Assembly (NCBI GenBank): GCA_040954595.2
Contig: CM082589.2
Coordinates: forward strand, 5,763,186-5,827,185
Direction of reading: 5' to 3'
DNA from: Balanoglossus misakiensis
Taxonomy: Eukaryota; Animalia; Hemichordata
Length of the DNA: 64,000 nt
In this document: positions 13,801-27,800 of the stretch, one piece after another
Layout: each line of letters begins with the position of its first letter
How positions within the stretch are numbered: position 1 is the stretch's first letter
Program-made: the position numbers and the translations under genes
The notes under the pieces: model-generated
Seen by the model: the letters and a program-made list of their open reading frames with translations, nothing else
Database searches by the model: none
Told to the model about the DNA's origin: nothing

Positions 13801-15275
13801 TCGACTGCAAACTAAAGAATTCGGTCATAATTTCTAGACGTGATCTACCGCAGCAGAGCAGGCAAATGGATAGATAGAATCTGATGAACAAAATGTGTTT
13901 AAATACCAAGAACAATGCATTTTAAGGTCGTTTTCTTTGAAATCACGTCAGCTAGATCACGTAACGTGCTAACGTGTATCAGATGCTTTCATCGGATAAA
14001 GAAAAAATGTTAAAAATAAACGAGCTATAAAATAGCCCAGGAGAATTATCCGTCGAGCTAAGAGCTGACATCTACATTTTATACACTCGGTGGTTACTGC
14101 GACTAGCCACAAGACCGCTTCCGGCGCTCAATGTACATATTTGATACGTAGGAGCACTTCAGCCGTGCATTCAATTACTCAACACAATATCTTTCGAGAA
14201 AAGGCGGTCACGTAAATGCACTTCTAAGTTATTGGCATTTGAAAGTTCCAGCTTCTTCAGACCACTTTGCCGAGACATTGTAACTTTCTCAGTATCCTTG
14301 TCAATACACCTGTAACTGTATTCCTGGGAAATGTCACGTCGCTGTCAGTTAAGTTGGTTTGCGCCTCGCTGACAGAGTATGAGAAAAGGTTTAATACTTT
14401 GATTTTCGAGGCGCATACGACCTGATTAGACGTCATGCCTGAATCAGATTCTCCTGTCTTGCCCACTATACCATATACACTGACCAGTCGGGTTGGCATT
14501 AGACTCGCATAAATTGAGAAACTTTGCAACAACAAGTAGCCCCCTCCCCACCCTCCGTATGCCAGTGGGTGTATACTGTCATTTGGATGCCAGCGCATAG
14601 CGTCGTCCTTCAGCTTTGCGTCCACACGCGCGCGCGCTGAACGCGGAACGTGGTGCTGCGCGTTTATACGAGATCGAGATTCTCAGGTTGTCGCCATCGA
14701 TGCAATCACAGCCCGGCGGTTCATCAGTATGGGGGATTCAACACGGGGCTATTCACGGACGACGCCAGCCGCAAGTACCATCATTACGACCCGATCAATT
14801 AGAGGTCATCTACACTCACAAAGCTTGGTTTATTATCTCTCTCGCTGCTCAATCCAACAGCATTGTTGGAAACGTGACGTCATGTCTACGTGAAAGACTC
14901 GTGAGATCCACTTTGACACAAAGTAAATGAGAACCAATACTTAGCACACTGCTCATTGTCCAAATTTGGACGAGAACAATTTCGGCCTTAATTATGCGAT
15001 ATTACTTTCTTATAACTTTGAACAAGTACGTGCAGAAAGAGTTTGGTCGTCGTCTTTGTTTACTGTTTCCTGGTAGGATTGCATTCGAGAACACAGATCG
15101 GGCTGAAGACTTTGCACACGTGCAGCGAAAAGTATCTGCGCAACATTTCAACGGAGAGCGCTGAACTGAACGCATACAGCTGCAGTGATGACAGCCGGGT
15201 ACACCGATCTCCATAAAACGACACCGGTGTACATCAAAACAGCTGTTTAATATTATTAACAAAGGCTTCCCGAAT

Positions 15276-15313
15276 CACGTGCGCTCGTCCAACCAATCGC
15301 CCGTCTTCATAAA
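15276..15313 (+). promoter_or_regulatory. Candidate core promoter of the adhesion GPCR
   Basis: E-box CACGTG 15276-81, CCAAT 15293-97 and TATA-like CATAAA 15308-13 lie upstream of a probable non-coding exon ending at donor GTAAGT (15631). Motifs are short, so evidence is weak. Confidence 0.3.
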
Positions 15314-15839
15314 TTAGGAATTCATTCCAAGGTGTCCCTAATAGAGAGAGAGAGAGAAAGGGCCTGTCTATTGAAAAGGGAAACCAGTGATAGAATATGT
15401 ACATGACCAGTCTTAGTGTTCAAGACACAGGAACTCTATATCGATACTTCAGGACATTCTGGGAGGAATATTTAAGTCTTACCGGAGAACCCTGTTTCAT
15501 GTGAACAGAACTCAAATTACTACAACAGTTAAAGGACGACTTATCGAGAAACCACAATCGTTTCAGGACATATTTATCAAACCACAACAAGGAATCTTTT
15601 ACTTCGCCGAGAAACCAGGACGCTATCACTGTAAGTTTTTTTGTCCGGGCGGATTATCTCGAATCGGGGTTAATTACTTATAATATTTCTGTGAATTATC
15701 TCATTTGCATTGCGCAAGGACACCTGAAAGTTTGATGTAAGCGTTCGCCTCATGCCCATGTGTTGACTACCATATCCAGTTTCTGGAAGCAAATCTGGTT
15801 TAATACTTAAAAGTCGTTCTCGCTATTTCTTTCAGACAG

Positions 15840-18800
15840 ATGATCGTCCGTAGGGGAATTCTCTTCGCGACAGGTGAGTCCACATTGTTCTCTTGCAACC
15901 CAAGCTTGACGGATTAATTTTAAAAATGAAAGAACGATTACTTTATACCAACGGCATCCGTGAGCGTACCAAATGAGGAGATTCTATGTGCCCATGAGGT
16001 CTTATACGTATATAAGCCCTATACAAGTGTTGTAGTTATCTATGAATTATAGCTTCAATTCAGCGAAGCCGTTTTTCGAGTATGAACCTCCATTCCAACA
16101 GTCTTGACACAAATTCGTGTTTCTAGAATACTGTTTGATAAACTACTTGCTTTTGGACAGTGATATACCTTTTGTTTGTTTGTTTGTTTGTTTGTGTGTT
16201 TGCTTGTTTGTCTGATCAGGATAATTCAAATAATGACTTTTCATAGTGAACTTGTAGTTTGCAGTAACGATCATCGCCTCCCCCGTTACGTATCAACTAA
16301 AGCCAGTCGCGCAAATTCCAGATGGTACAAGCGAAATAAAATATCCAATTCAAACTGGTTAAGGCCATTCCCTACCACCCCTCGAGCCGCTTGGTATTTG
16401 AAAAGGGATTCACTGACCCGCAAAAATGATTTGCGATTTATTTCCTAATCATAGTACAACCCACGCCTCATCGAAAGTTACTCAATTTTAACTTGCCGAA
16501 TTACTGCCATAATTCGCTCGTCAAAACCGCCGTGATGTATTCTTCTCTTCGGTCGAAATCACCCGATTTGAAAAGCAATAAAGGTGACAATTCTCAGAAA
16601 AAAACACCCTTCGAACATCAAAGTCACTGCATCTCTCAAAAGATAAAAAACACACTTTATAGCCTCGTTAGCTTCGACACACAATGCATAAACTCGTCGC
16701 ACATTTTATGATATTCCAAAAATCACTATTTCCATAAAAGTAAGAAACACATTATCTCATAGCAGAAGGTTGTAAAAAACGAGTTTGTAGTTTTTGGGGC
16801 TTTTTAAAAATTATGAATCTGTATGTGATCTGGGAGCGAGTCATTTGTAATGGAACATTAAATGTCAATTTAATTTTCACAGTGTGGTAAATATAGTGTC
16901 TTTTGCCATAGGGTGCCAAGGCTTGCATATCGAATAGACCTGTTTTACTACATACCTGGAAGATGGTTTACTAGACATTTGTATTCTTGCGATATCGCTA
17001 TTTTACGATGTTTTAAATCATATATTTCCCCCATAGTTTCTATGGCAACCATACTGTGCATCCACAGCGCCGACAAGGAAAAGCATGGCAACGGATCTGT
17101 GTTCCGAATGGTAAGCTAGATATGGATGTATTTTAATCAACACTTTCATTATTGCACGTAGTGATTCTGTGATGAGGTCACACTCACTTGGTGGAGATAT
17201 ACCGCCCCATAAAATTTACCCCACAGGTACTTCTGTTTGTCTGTGAAACTGTGTGTGTACCCAATTTCATTTAAAGCGGCTGTTTTTGTACATTCCAGTA
17301 GCGGGAAATAAAACTCCGGCCGAGCAGTTCACATAGAACACACCATTCACGTATACATGAAACCATTAGTCGACGGAGCTTGTTTCACAGGTAACTTGTC
17401 GTCATCGTCAAAAAAATAGAATCTCGTAACATATTTCCACATTTTTTCTCAAATTTTGATCACGAACTGAGGACAATGAAAACTTATGCCAAACTTAGTC
17501 CAAAATGAGAGAAAATGGGTGAAAATGTTCAAATGTTGCACTACGCTTTGACAGAGAAAATGTGGCGCTCACCCGTTGTAATTCAACGAGAGACTTTTTA
17601 TTCACGTAGGCTCCTCACATTGAGAAAGAACGAAAGGCAGTTAGTTTCCTCCTAATAGCTGGGTGTCTGAATCTTGATTTAAACAAATATATGCGCTCGT
17701 GTATTGCACGGAAACGATCCTCAATAAACATACGTCTTCTCAATTATTTCACACCAAGTCGCTTGAAATGATGCCGACCAAGCTCCCGACTGCACAGTGA
17801 TTTCAAACGCAATTTCATCTAACTTGTCCATACGGAGTGGACGTGTTCAAACGAACATTAATGGATTTTCAGACTAGAAGCGCGATTGCTGGTAAGGAGG
17901 TGCCGTCTCCATTCTTCATGAAGTGACGTAATCCTGAAAGTAAAACTTAATTTGATGTCCCTTCGTTCAGGAGTCTGGAAACTCATCACGGCGATGCCTG
18001 CTGCTTGCTCAATGTTTCGCTCATCACGTTGCGAACGAAAAGCGCGCTTGTTTGGAGGAATTACTACCTGGCTCAAAAAAGAAGATGGCGATCTGAAATT
18101 AGTACTGCGGCGATCACGCCATAGCCATTTTGGCTGGAAAGCAAAGAGTGATGATGCAACTGAGCGTGTAAAAGTACAAAAGTTCCCATGGTGACAGAGT
18201 TGTAATTGGAAAATAACTAGACCGTCTATACCTCGGATGACCGCCGCAAGCGAGGCTCGACGTGCCCTCGAGAATTCGTCAAAAACAATTAAACCCTCAG
18301 AGCAGAGTTAAATGTTTCCATGCAATCTTTCAAAGCGGATCCCCGCGAGCGTTTCGCTTGATGTCAGAAGAGATTACGCGCGGGCTTCCTCCGCGGAAGC
18401 AAGATGGCGTCACCTTTAACAATGTTTCGCCTTTTTTTCTAAGATTATTTGACAGGTGCGAGAAAGGCGGAGTGATATCCAGCTGCGAGTGACTAGCCCG
18501 GGGGGTTCGGAGCGCATATTGCCAGTGATTCGTCACGATTGTGTAACAAAGGGCGAAAGGCTTTCCGCTCTCCCGCTGGTAGCATACACGTGCCCAACGG
18601 GAATTCATCTTGTGGTTTCAGTTAACAAGAACAAAATTGCGCCGGGGTTTACCTAGTGACGTTATAGCAAAAATGTATAATGATCAATAGTCAGATCAAA
18701 ACCTATAGCCTATATATTTCTGCGACCAAAACAAAAGCATGATGCAGACAATGTACAGCCAGAATTCAATGTCCAATGGATATAAATGGCTGTGAGCAGA

Positions 18801-21800
18801 AAAGAAAACCAGGTTTTGCCTCCCTTGTATGGAGCCGCCGCGAGACGATTAGAACCATGTTGTCCGGGGCTAGCTACTTGGTTCCTTAGTTTCCAAGGTC
18901 GCGAACGGAGAGTCTCCTAGTTCCCCAGTAACAATAATGTAATAGCCGTGGTAATGATACCGACCACGAGTAATATAGACTAACAGATGGTTCTTTTCAG
19001 CCAATAAAATGCAAGGGGATGCAAAGATCCTCTCTTAGAAAATTCATGTACCATTCAAATTTGAATAGAGAGACATAAATTTCGCAATTATACTGAATCT
19101 CCTCTCGCAGCGCTGCGATGAATTCACGGAGGAAGAAAAATAGTCATGAGGTGAATTCAGACATATAATTGCAAGCTGACTGTTGGTAAAAAGTTGGTCC
19201 ATACGTTTGTCGGGCAATTTCAAAGATGAAATTTAAGGCGAAAAGTTAATACCAGCCAATTATTTAAGGTTTTGCACATTCTAATTTTGATGATGGTGGA
19301 CATGGTGGTGGTGGCGGTGGTGATGATGATGATGGTGGTGATTTTGGTGAGCGCTTCTTTCTCTTTACAGAAGAGAAGTCCAAGAAAGGGACTGCCCTTT
19401 TTCCCTGTACCCACAACACTTAGCCCAACTACAATGCCGATCACCACGGCAACGACCCCTGACCCCGGACCATCAGAGAGAGACATTGCAGAGATGAAGA
19501 TCTTGGTACGTAATGAATGTCTTCTGACTTTCGATGTGTTCACTCTTTAATGGCATGAGTAGCTGTTTAAGAAATAAAAACATTTTTTTTCACCGGAATC
19601 AGGGGACAGTCTGTACACTGGCTCATGCGCACTAGAGAAAATGAGGATTTGGTTTTCAGGTAACTGTTTCCCTCAGAAAGACTAAGAAACTATAAAAGAA
19701 ACTTTATACGACAAAATAACATTGCTTCTCCTCTTGTTTGTACTGTATGTGTTCTCCGGCGCCGCAGAATGACAGATGAATTTGTACTTGGTTACTTTAT
19801 ATCAGAATTAATGAACCATAATATTGGATTGCATGGAATTTTGGTTATCGTCAATGATGCTGGGAATTATGAAATTGATTACGTAGCTTTAGGGTGTACA
19901 ATGTTCTACAAGTGTGCGGATGCAGTAACTTTCCATTTAAATGGCAAATTACTGCCACATAATATGAACCATAATTCTTTTTGGTGTGTTATGTAATTAT
20001 GCACATCTCTGATTGATGACGAGACGTAAATTGAACTTTGTTATTAAGTTTTTTAACTTCCTGTATCGTTTATCATGGATGACGTGAAATATTTTCCGCG
20101 GTCAACTCAGTAGGCCACCAGGCGCGTCTTATATTAGCCTTAACGTTTATTAAATCGATTAATAAAATATTCCTGCCTTCCGCCGTCTGTAGGAGCTTTT
20201 TATGGTCGTGGACGAAGTTCTCGGACCGAATGCACTGAAGGTAGGATTTGAAATTCAATACCCTGTTTTCTGAAGTAGTATAAGTAAACCTGAATATAAC
20301 GAATTGAGATGATTAATCTGATAAACGTTTCCAGACTTAATACGTATTCATAATCGACACATTTCTCTTCAAGACCGAGGAGGATAAACTGACGATGGTG
20401 CGCGCTGTGGAGAATTATCTGAAGGCGACTCTTTCGGGCATCGAAGACGACCAGTGGATCGTGCTCCAACGGAAGACGTCGGGTAAGAGCCTCACTCCAG
20501 ACGGCAAAAAAAGCAACAGAATATAACAACACGGTGTTCTATGACTCATATCTTCGAACAACATACACTTACATGTAGCTGTGGCAATAGAATACACAGT
20601 ACACGCGATTGGAACTTCTAATGTGATAATAAGGCCTTGAAACTATAGTTTACATATAGTGTATTCATTGTTAAGAGCACCCCGTAGGCCTGTGACCTAT
20701 GCAGGCCCGAAGAAGAGTATGTAACCTGTGGATAACACATTTGTCAGGGATAATTTGATATCTAAGAATTGTACTGAGCGTACTTTCATCGTGAAAGGCC
20801 AGCACATTAGCTCCCTAGGTGTGAAAACAGAATGTAAAAATGAAACATCTTTTCCAATTTACGCTGCAAGTGAAACCCAATGTAAATGCTGGTTTCACAT
20901 CGTGCTTTACACTGGGTCCAGGTAGTATCATACAATGCTTCAAATAACACGGCCTCCCTAAAAGAGATATCTGGCCATGTTTGTGTGTTTAATCATGTTT
21001 TAGAGAACCACGTGCATGGTTTACTTTGAGCCAGGTATGATAAATTCCTCGATAACCACGAGAAACAGGTAGCTCATCGTTTCCTCTTTAACGGTAAAAT
21101 CTCATGTTCTGTCTCTTTGCCGGCACAGCCGTCAAAATCCGCCTCCTGGATTACGTCACCAACACGACGGAGCTTCAGGTTGATTTCGCCGAGAACGGAG
21201 ACTCTGTCGCCACGCCGTCGCCGCAACCGACGGAGGTATCGAACGCCACGCAGAGCACCATTCCGCCGGCGGAGCGAGGAATCGTCAACATGATCCGCGT
21301 CCCCGAAGACGTCGTAAGCGACCTTGTCGGTAAGTTGGTTAAGCCGAGGCACTTTTCAATTAGGCGTGTCTAAGTTGAAGATTCCCGCGATAATTGATTG
21401 CATTTGCTGTGGCTAATTTACTAAAAAGCCTACACGTGCTTGTAGGTGCCTGGGGAAAATTAGTCGCCGCGTTCGAATGCACTGAAGGAGCGGCTGTACA
21501 AGGCGATTGCCGGGGCCCTTTTTGTTTAAGCGGAGTATCAGTATGTGGAGCCCCGCCACGCTGCAAAGTGGAAAACACTTAGCGTTGTTTTGTGCCGCAG
21601 ACTAGGCTTGGCTCGGGTTGAAAAGTAGGCACTCCGCAACACCGTTGTGGTACTATTCCTTTATGCAAGAACGTTGATGGAAGTAGTCGATTTTGAATCA
21701 TCGAAAGAGGCACTTTTCCCGCATTGTATCGACCAATAAATAGAAACACATTTATCCAGTTGTACTTAGGAAGCGAGTGGGTCCCTCAGCTCTCCCAGAA

Positions 21801-24800
21801 AAGTTTCCAACTCTCTTACATGTAATTATGACTTGTTCCCCGTGAAGAAAGGAACGAATGTTTCAAAGAATCCGGCTGTTGATAAGCATCGTAAATTTGA
21901 CTGAACTGAGAATAATTTGAGAAAATCTGACATCGACCACTGGCAAACCTTGACAATTGATGGTAAAAATAATTCATGAAAATTAAAAGCAAATGAAGAA
22001 ATTATAAACGTTTAATAACATCAGTGTTCTAAAAATAACTTTCACTTTGAAAGAAAACACTGCTGTTACCCAGCTTGTGTCAGGTGCACGTAGTAAGCAT
22101 TCAAATTTAACAGTTCGACATCAGGCGGTATTTTTTTTACATTTGATTTCTTGACTAAGGAACTTTGGTTGTAACTCAGGCAACGGACGCAGACAGTGAC
22201 ACCCCGCAAATTCATATATACGATTCGTCATTAAATACTCTCAGCGATGAGAGCGGAGCCGAGGCGCTTGGGGGATGCTATCACTTCGGGAATTATCAGC
22301 GAGCAGGGGGGAGACCGACAGTAAAAGGAGGGGGTTGTAAATCACGATGAATATCAGACACTCGAGGCGCTGCGTTTCTTCGCCACTCGAAGTTTTATAT
22401 CGCGCCACACACACACCGACTAACAACAATCCCATTTACTGATAACAATTCCCACGCGATGACAGAAGACGAGACAAATAAGTTTTGATTACTGAGAGCT
22501 AATGGTTGAAATGCGTTCGTGTTTTTTTCTGAATAAGCAAAATTTTCAAGCGTGTCAGTTTGCCAATAATAGCGTCCATCGGCTGGTTGACTGATTGATT
22601 TACTGACTGACTGACTGACTGACTGACTGACTCCCTCACTCATTCACATGTTTATCACATTTATTTTCTCCCTTTTCATAGGTAAAAATGTGATTTTTGC
22701 AGTTGTCTATTACTTCGGTGACATCTTCACAGAAAGCTCGGAATTGGAAGAGTGGTGAGTACCCGGATGCTGACAGTCAGTTTCCCCAATAACAATATAA
22801 GCAACGGCATCTGATATCACTATCGGTTGCCTTGATTTTTTAACGTAGAGATTTACCTTGATCTGGAAGTGCACTTTGATCTGTCGACACTTGTAAAGTG
22901 CTCAGTCGCCAATTTCTCTGCCGATGCAAGCAACAGCGCTGGGAACTGTGTATATATGCGAGGGGTTTGAACACGTTAGACTCGAATATGTAAACAATTA
23001 TCGGAATATGACCAAACACAACGAATAAGGTGGTTTGCTTGCGATGCATTTTTTGTGGAAAATTAGCGTGACGTATTCCGTACGGAAAAAGATCCTATTG
23101 TACCCAACCCTTGTATCAGTTTCTCCCCGGCATTTCTTGATGCATTGGATATTAGCTTCATCAAGATCCCCTCGCTAATGACAGCGTTTTACGACAGTGT
23201 CTGTGCGAGTGACCGGACTTCTTAATTCTCACCTGGTGTGTCTCTTTGCATTCTAAATGACGCGCTAATGAAAGGCCGTAATTATCGTGGATTACCTTTC
23301 GTAGATTACCCCTGCGCCGTCATCCATCAGACTTTTTGTGAAGTACCCGAAGTCTGGCAGAGAAAACACCGGTGCCCTGCAATTATCTCGTGTCGTTTGA
23401 AAGATCGTCGCGACTCAACGATAAATGGGGTGTCCGTCGACTAATTGAACACGGCTCTCCGTGCAGAATTTTTTGTCGAGGCTAAAGCAGATGTATGCGC
23501 CGTCTTGTCACTGTTTAGTTCAATTTGTAACCTCCACACCTCAGTATAATATAGATCATATGAGATACATTTTATCACGAAACACGGTGACTTTTTGCGG
23601 GTTTTTTTTAACCATGAGTAACCAAGTTTACGATATCTTCAATTTGTATTTCAAATTATACTCAAGAAGCGCAGCGCATGTGTGTGTTGCTATACAAGAC
23701 GTCTCAGCAATGGTGCCCCTGTTAACAACTGCATGCCTCGCAGTAATAATAATACATGACACCCTATTAATGGTCCTCCGGGAGAATCGCTGTATTGTAC
23801 AACTGTGGATGTAGTGTGGATATGAAATTTGGCTTCTAAAATACTCTTATGCTGTTCGTCAGTCATAGAGCGGACTGTAGTAACGTCTGTTCGCCTCTTT
23901 ATTGCGGAATACTGGCTTGTCAAAGCCTTTTGCACAAACCCCTTTCTTCAATTTTGATTAATCAGATGCAATCTCGGAGATTATCCGAGGAGTTTCACGC
24001 CCCAGAGTATTATCAGCGATCTCTGGTGACACGGCCAGCCACTTCAACACTAATACATCACACACTCATCACCTCAAACGCATGCAACAAACCGACAGCC
24101 CCCAGAGTCTGCAAATCTCGGCCGCTCCTTCATTAATCTCGTTTCCGCCTGTCGGCCACGAGAGTTCATTCAAGTGACAGTGTATGTGGGATTGCGGTTC
24201 TTTTTCGTCTCCAACAGAAAAGTGCTAATGCTACGAGTGGGGTAGTGTGTTCCAGCAGGCGAACGTGTCTGAAAATTTGAGCAGTCTAGATTTCAAATGA
24301 TGTAGCGTACAATGGACACATCACCGACCATGTTCGAAGTGTACATAAATACAAAATAACGCGCTGCACGAGCCTGCTTGACAACGCTCTCACTTCTGTG
24401 GACCCAGAATGCAACAGTCACGCCATCAAACTTCTCCAAAGCGATCACAAAAAAAACTCCAGTCGAAAACAACTAGATCCATTATATCTCAAGTAAGTTT
24501 TGATTTCAGCGTAATGCGTGCAAACACGTCTTGTGTCGTAGATCATGGTATACCGACCCACCTTTCTTACTTCGAAGACCTGTCTCAAAACACCCATTTT
24601 TCATCCAGTCTCGTAAACCGTCCATTACATAAATCACGCGCGGTATTTCGTATATTGAGATTCACACAGAGTTTCCGAATTTTATGGAATTCTCGATATT
24701 GGGCTGATGTCGTAATATACAAGCCGTTACCATGACACCACTCATCAAAATACACTATTTTATAACAGGCGTGAATGTTTTATATGCGAATTCAGAAACA

Positions 24801-27800
24801 TTATTTAGATCCACCGTTTTGTTTATTTCATGTCTTCTGTTGATTATAAATGATAGACAAAGACGACTGAAAATTATAAGAATAGTTTGTACGAAATAGT
24901 CAACTGCGATTTAGTACAGTACATGAATACGCGTAAAAGCGTCTGAGTTTCAAATCACTGCTCATCACGTTTTCTATGGAAGTGTTTTTGCCCGGCCGTT
25001 TACTGGTTACAGCCTGAGCATATCTACAATCTAAGGAGAAGGTCGAAACTTAAGTTGTTCTCGTAAAAGAAAACGTTAATCAGTATTGAACCGGGGGCTG
25101 TTAAACAGCAGTAAACTTGTCGTAACATCTGATAAGTTGTGCAGGTGACTTTTGGCATTTACGATTCCGTTATCAGGTGTGTTTTAGAGTTCCTACAGAA
25201 TAACTTACCAAGTCCTACTTTTTAAAGTATGCAACAACACATTTTAATTATCCGACTGTATGTTGATGTTTCAGCCCCGACAGAAACGCGGAGAGCGATA
25301 ACGAAGAGACGGTGATGAATTCGGGTGTTATGTCCTGCTTCGCTCTGGTGGATGGCGTGCCGACGTCACTTCCGGTCGAAATTCTCCTCCAGCACCAACA
25401 GGTATGTGACGGTTGTTTCAAAGGCGTTCTGTGTATCACTGAATATCAACGATTCTCGTCGTAAGTTAAGATATAATTATATTCATTTTTTTCGTATGCA
25501 GACAATTATTCCGAGGGTTGAAGAGGATTTTCGAGAAGAGAGCACGAGATTGGTAACGAGGGTACAAACAATAACCAAATCGCAGTCACTGTGTACCTAC
25601 TATGACTACGAAATTAGGTAGGTAAATTTGACGTCATAGCAGAAGTTCGCCTTAAAGTCCGTTTTTGTTACAATGGATCGTAATTCGTTGGTCATGATAA
25701 TGGCTATGTCAATGGACTGGAATTACTTGAGAAGTACAGGACACAATGATGTGAATGTCAATATATCGTTTTAACATCAGTAGACTATTGGGAACTTCAT
25801 AATGTCGTCTTCGTTTGTACTTTTGTCAAAACTTCAGTGCATTATCACCGGTGAAATGTAATTAAACTGGAATTGGATGACGTTGTAATGATTCAGTTAC
25901 CCCCACGAAAAGACGAAAAGAGCGTCATCATTCGTCTTTGGACACAGGCAACCCTCCAATTGAGAAAATCTGTAATATCCTGCCATCGTCTGCGTTTACT
26001 TTAATTTTCTGTCGCGCGTCCCTTTTCAGGGAGTGGAGTCAGACGGGCTGCGAGGCAGACAGAGCGGCGTCCGACGGCGAACAGACGCTGTGTTACTGCA
26101 ACCACACGACAAATTTCGCCGTTCTCATGCAAGTCAAAGAGTTCTCGGTGAGTGGACACTTTCCAAAAAAAAAAAAAACGTACGTCACCAAAGCGTTTAA
26201 TGTCAGCACGAATAGAAGGCTCGTTAAACGATGTAGCTGGATAGGTTTTATGAGCTCATCAGTACAGTGGGAGGGTATTAAAATCTCCTACCTTACTTCA
26301 ATTGAAGCATGGAAATGAGAAAACCGTTGTTATTGTGTCAGGTTGGGCTGTGGGATTTCTTTCAGCTGAGGAACAATAGAGCAAAAGCAATATAGGTTGG
26401 GGTGGGCCGTTTTGCATAACAATGTTTTGCATAACAATGTGTTACAGCCTTATAGTCCACCCCAATCTACATTCCACCACCTGTGTACTTGCATATTAAC
26501 GCGCCTTTCCCCTTGCATTTTCGCCAGTTTAGTCTCCTGATGAGTGAGTCTAGTGACTCACGAAACAGCGTTGTAGAGCTTTTACCGCCTTTCGTTTCTC
26601 CTACTACCCTTCTTTATACTCCGCTCTATTTTTGTATTGAGGACTTTGTATCGGCATACATATATAGTTATACATACATACATATATGTCTGTATGTATG
26701 TCCCTTTGTACATGTATCCAGAGCAGTTCAATTGGATTGACTGTTCCCATAAGAGCAACAGTCTGTAAATTACATCTCAGACGACAATGCCGTGCCATTG
26801 CAGGAAATGGCGGTAAACACAAATAATGATAGCGTTACCCGGTTACCATGGAAATGTTTCCCTTTCATTTCCGGTTTAATTAGGCGCGATATAGTACCCG
26901 GCATGGCAACTAGGCAAGCCCAAGATGCGGGCTGGGTTTAGATGCACTAAACGAGGAGTAGTGCTCGTTAAGAATAATTCGCGGTCAATAGGCCGTCACT
27001 GACAACATACCGTGGGAGAAATTCTCGAACGAGACATAATGAAGCGAAGGTGAACAGATAACTTGAATAAATGTACCGTGGCATACACACCGGCTCATAT
27101 GTGACAACATTAACACGTAACCTCTAAACCTTTCAGCCGACAGGGCGAAATACCCAGAATTGCGAGGTAACCAGAGGAAATTAGACTGGGAAGATGAACT
27201 TACGTCCCTTTACACGAAAATAATGATCCGTACTACCGACCATTGATAGGGGACAAATGTCATTCATTAGGGGGACTATCGATGTTCCTGCTGTTGTATT
27301 CAGAGAAATTTGCTTTCGTCATTGCAGATATCTGAGACGCATGTAAAGGCACTGAACATCATCACCGTGATTGGCTGTTCCATCTCTTTGTTCGCATTGG
27401 TTGTTACAGTTGTGCTGTTCATCTGGCTAGAGTAAGTAAAAATGTTTTACGTCTCCACAAGTCTTGGTTTCCACGCGATATACATGAGCATCGCGATGGA
27501 AGTGAAAGGTCTTGGTGATGTCTTTGTGTCCACACGAATAGAAGTAGGACGTCACGACTACAGAAAGACTGCAGGAAGACTTTATTATACAGAAAGACTA
27601 TGCCAGTCCATGGTCCGTTGGCTTTATAATTCCACAAAGGAATGCAGTTTCGTTCTCTCTGTGATGCCAAGTGATGCGAGAGACAGTGGTTTTCCGTTGG
27701 TGCATTGATTGATATTCATAAGGGCAGGACAGTTGGATACAATGTCACACACATCGTCTTTCACGTCGGTCCGGTATTGTGAAAAACGAGATGTTTTGTC

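Noticed and set aside
13607-14424. Possible MITE terminal inverted repeats (GTATGCGC ... GCGCATAC)
   Set aside because: Only ~8-11 matching bases and no clear target-site duplication.
19769-19996. 75-aa ORF behind an AG acceptor inside the aGPCR intron
   Set aside because: Splicing from the phase-0 upstream exon gives an almost immediate stop (AAT GAC AGA TGA), and the ORF has no recognisable homology.
24408-24492. Possible cassette exon with a consensus GTAAGT donor in the aGPCR
   Set aside because: It is 85 nt and would create TGA at the junction (TG+A), with a weak polypyrimidine tract. Unsupported without RNA-seq.
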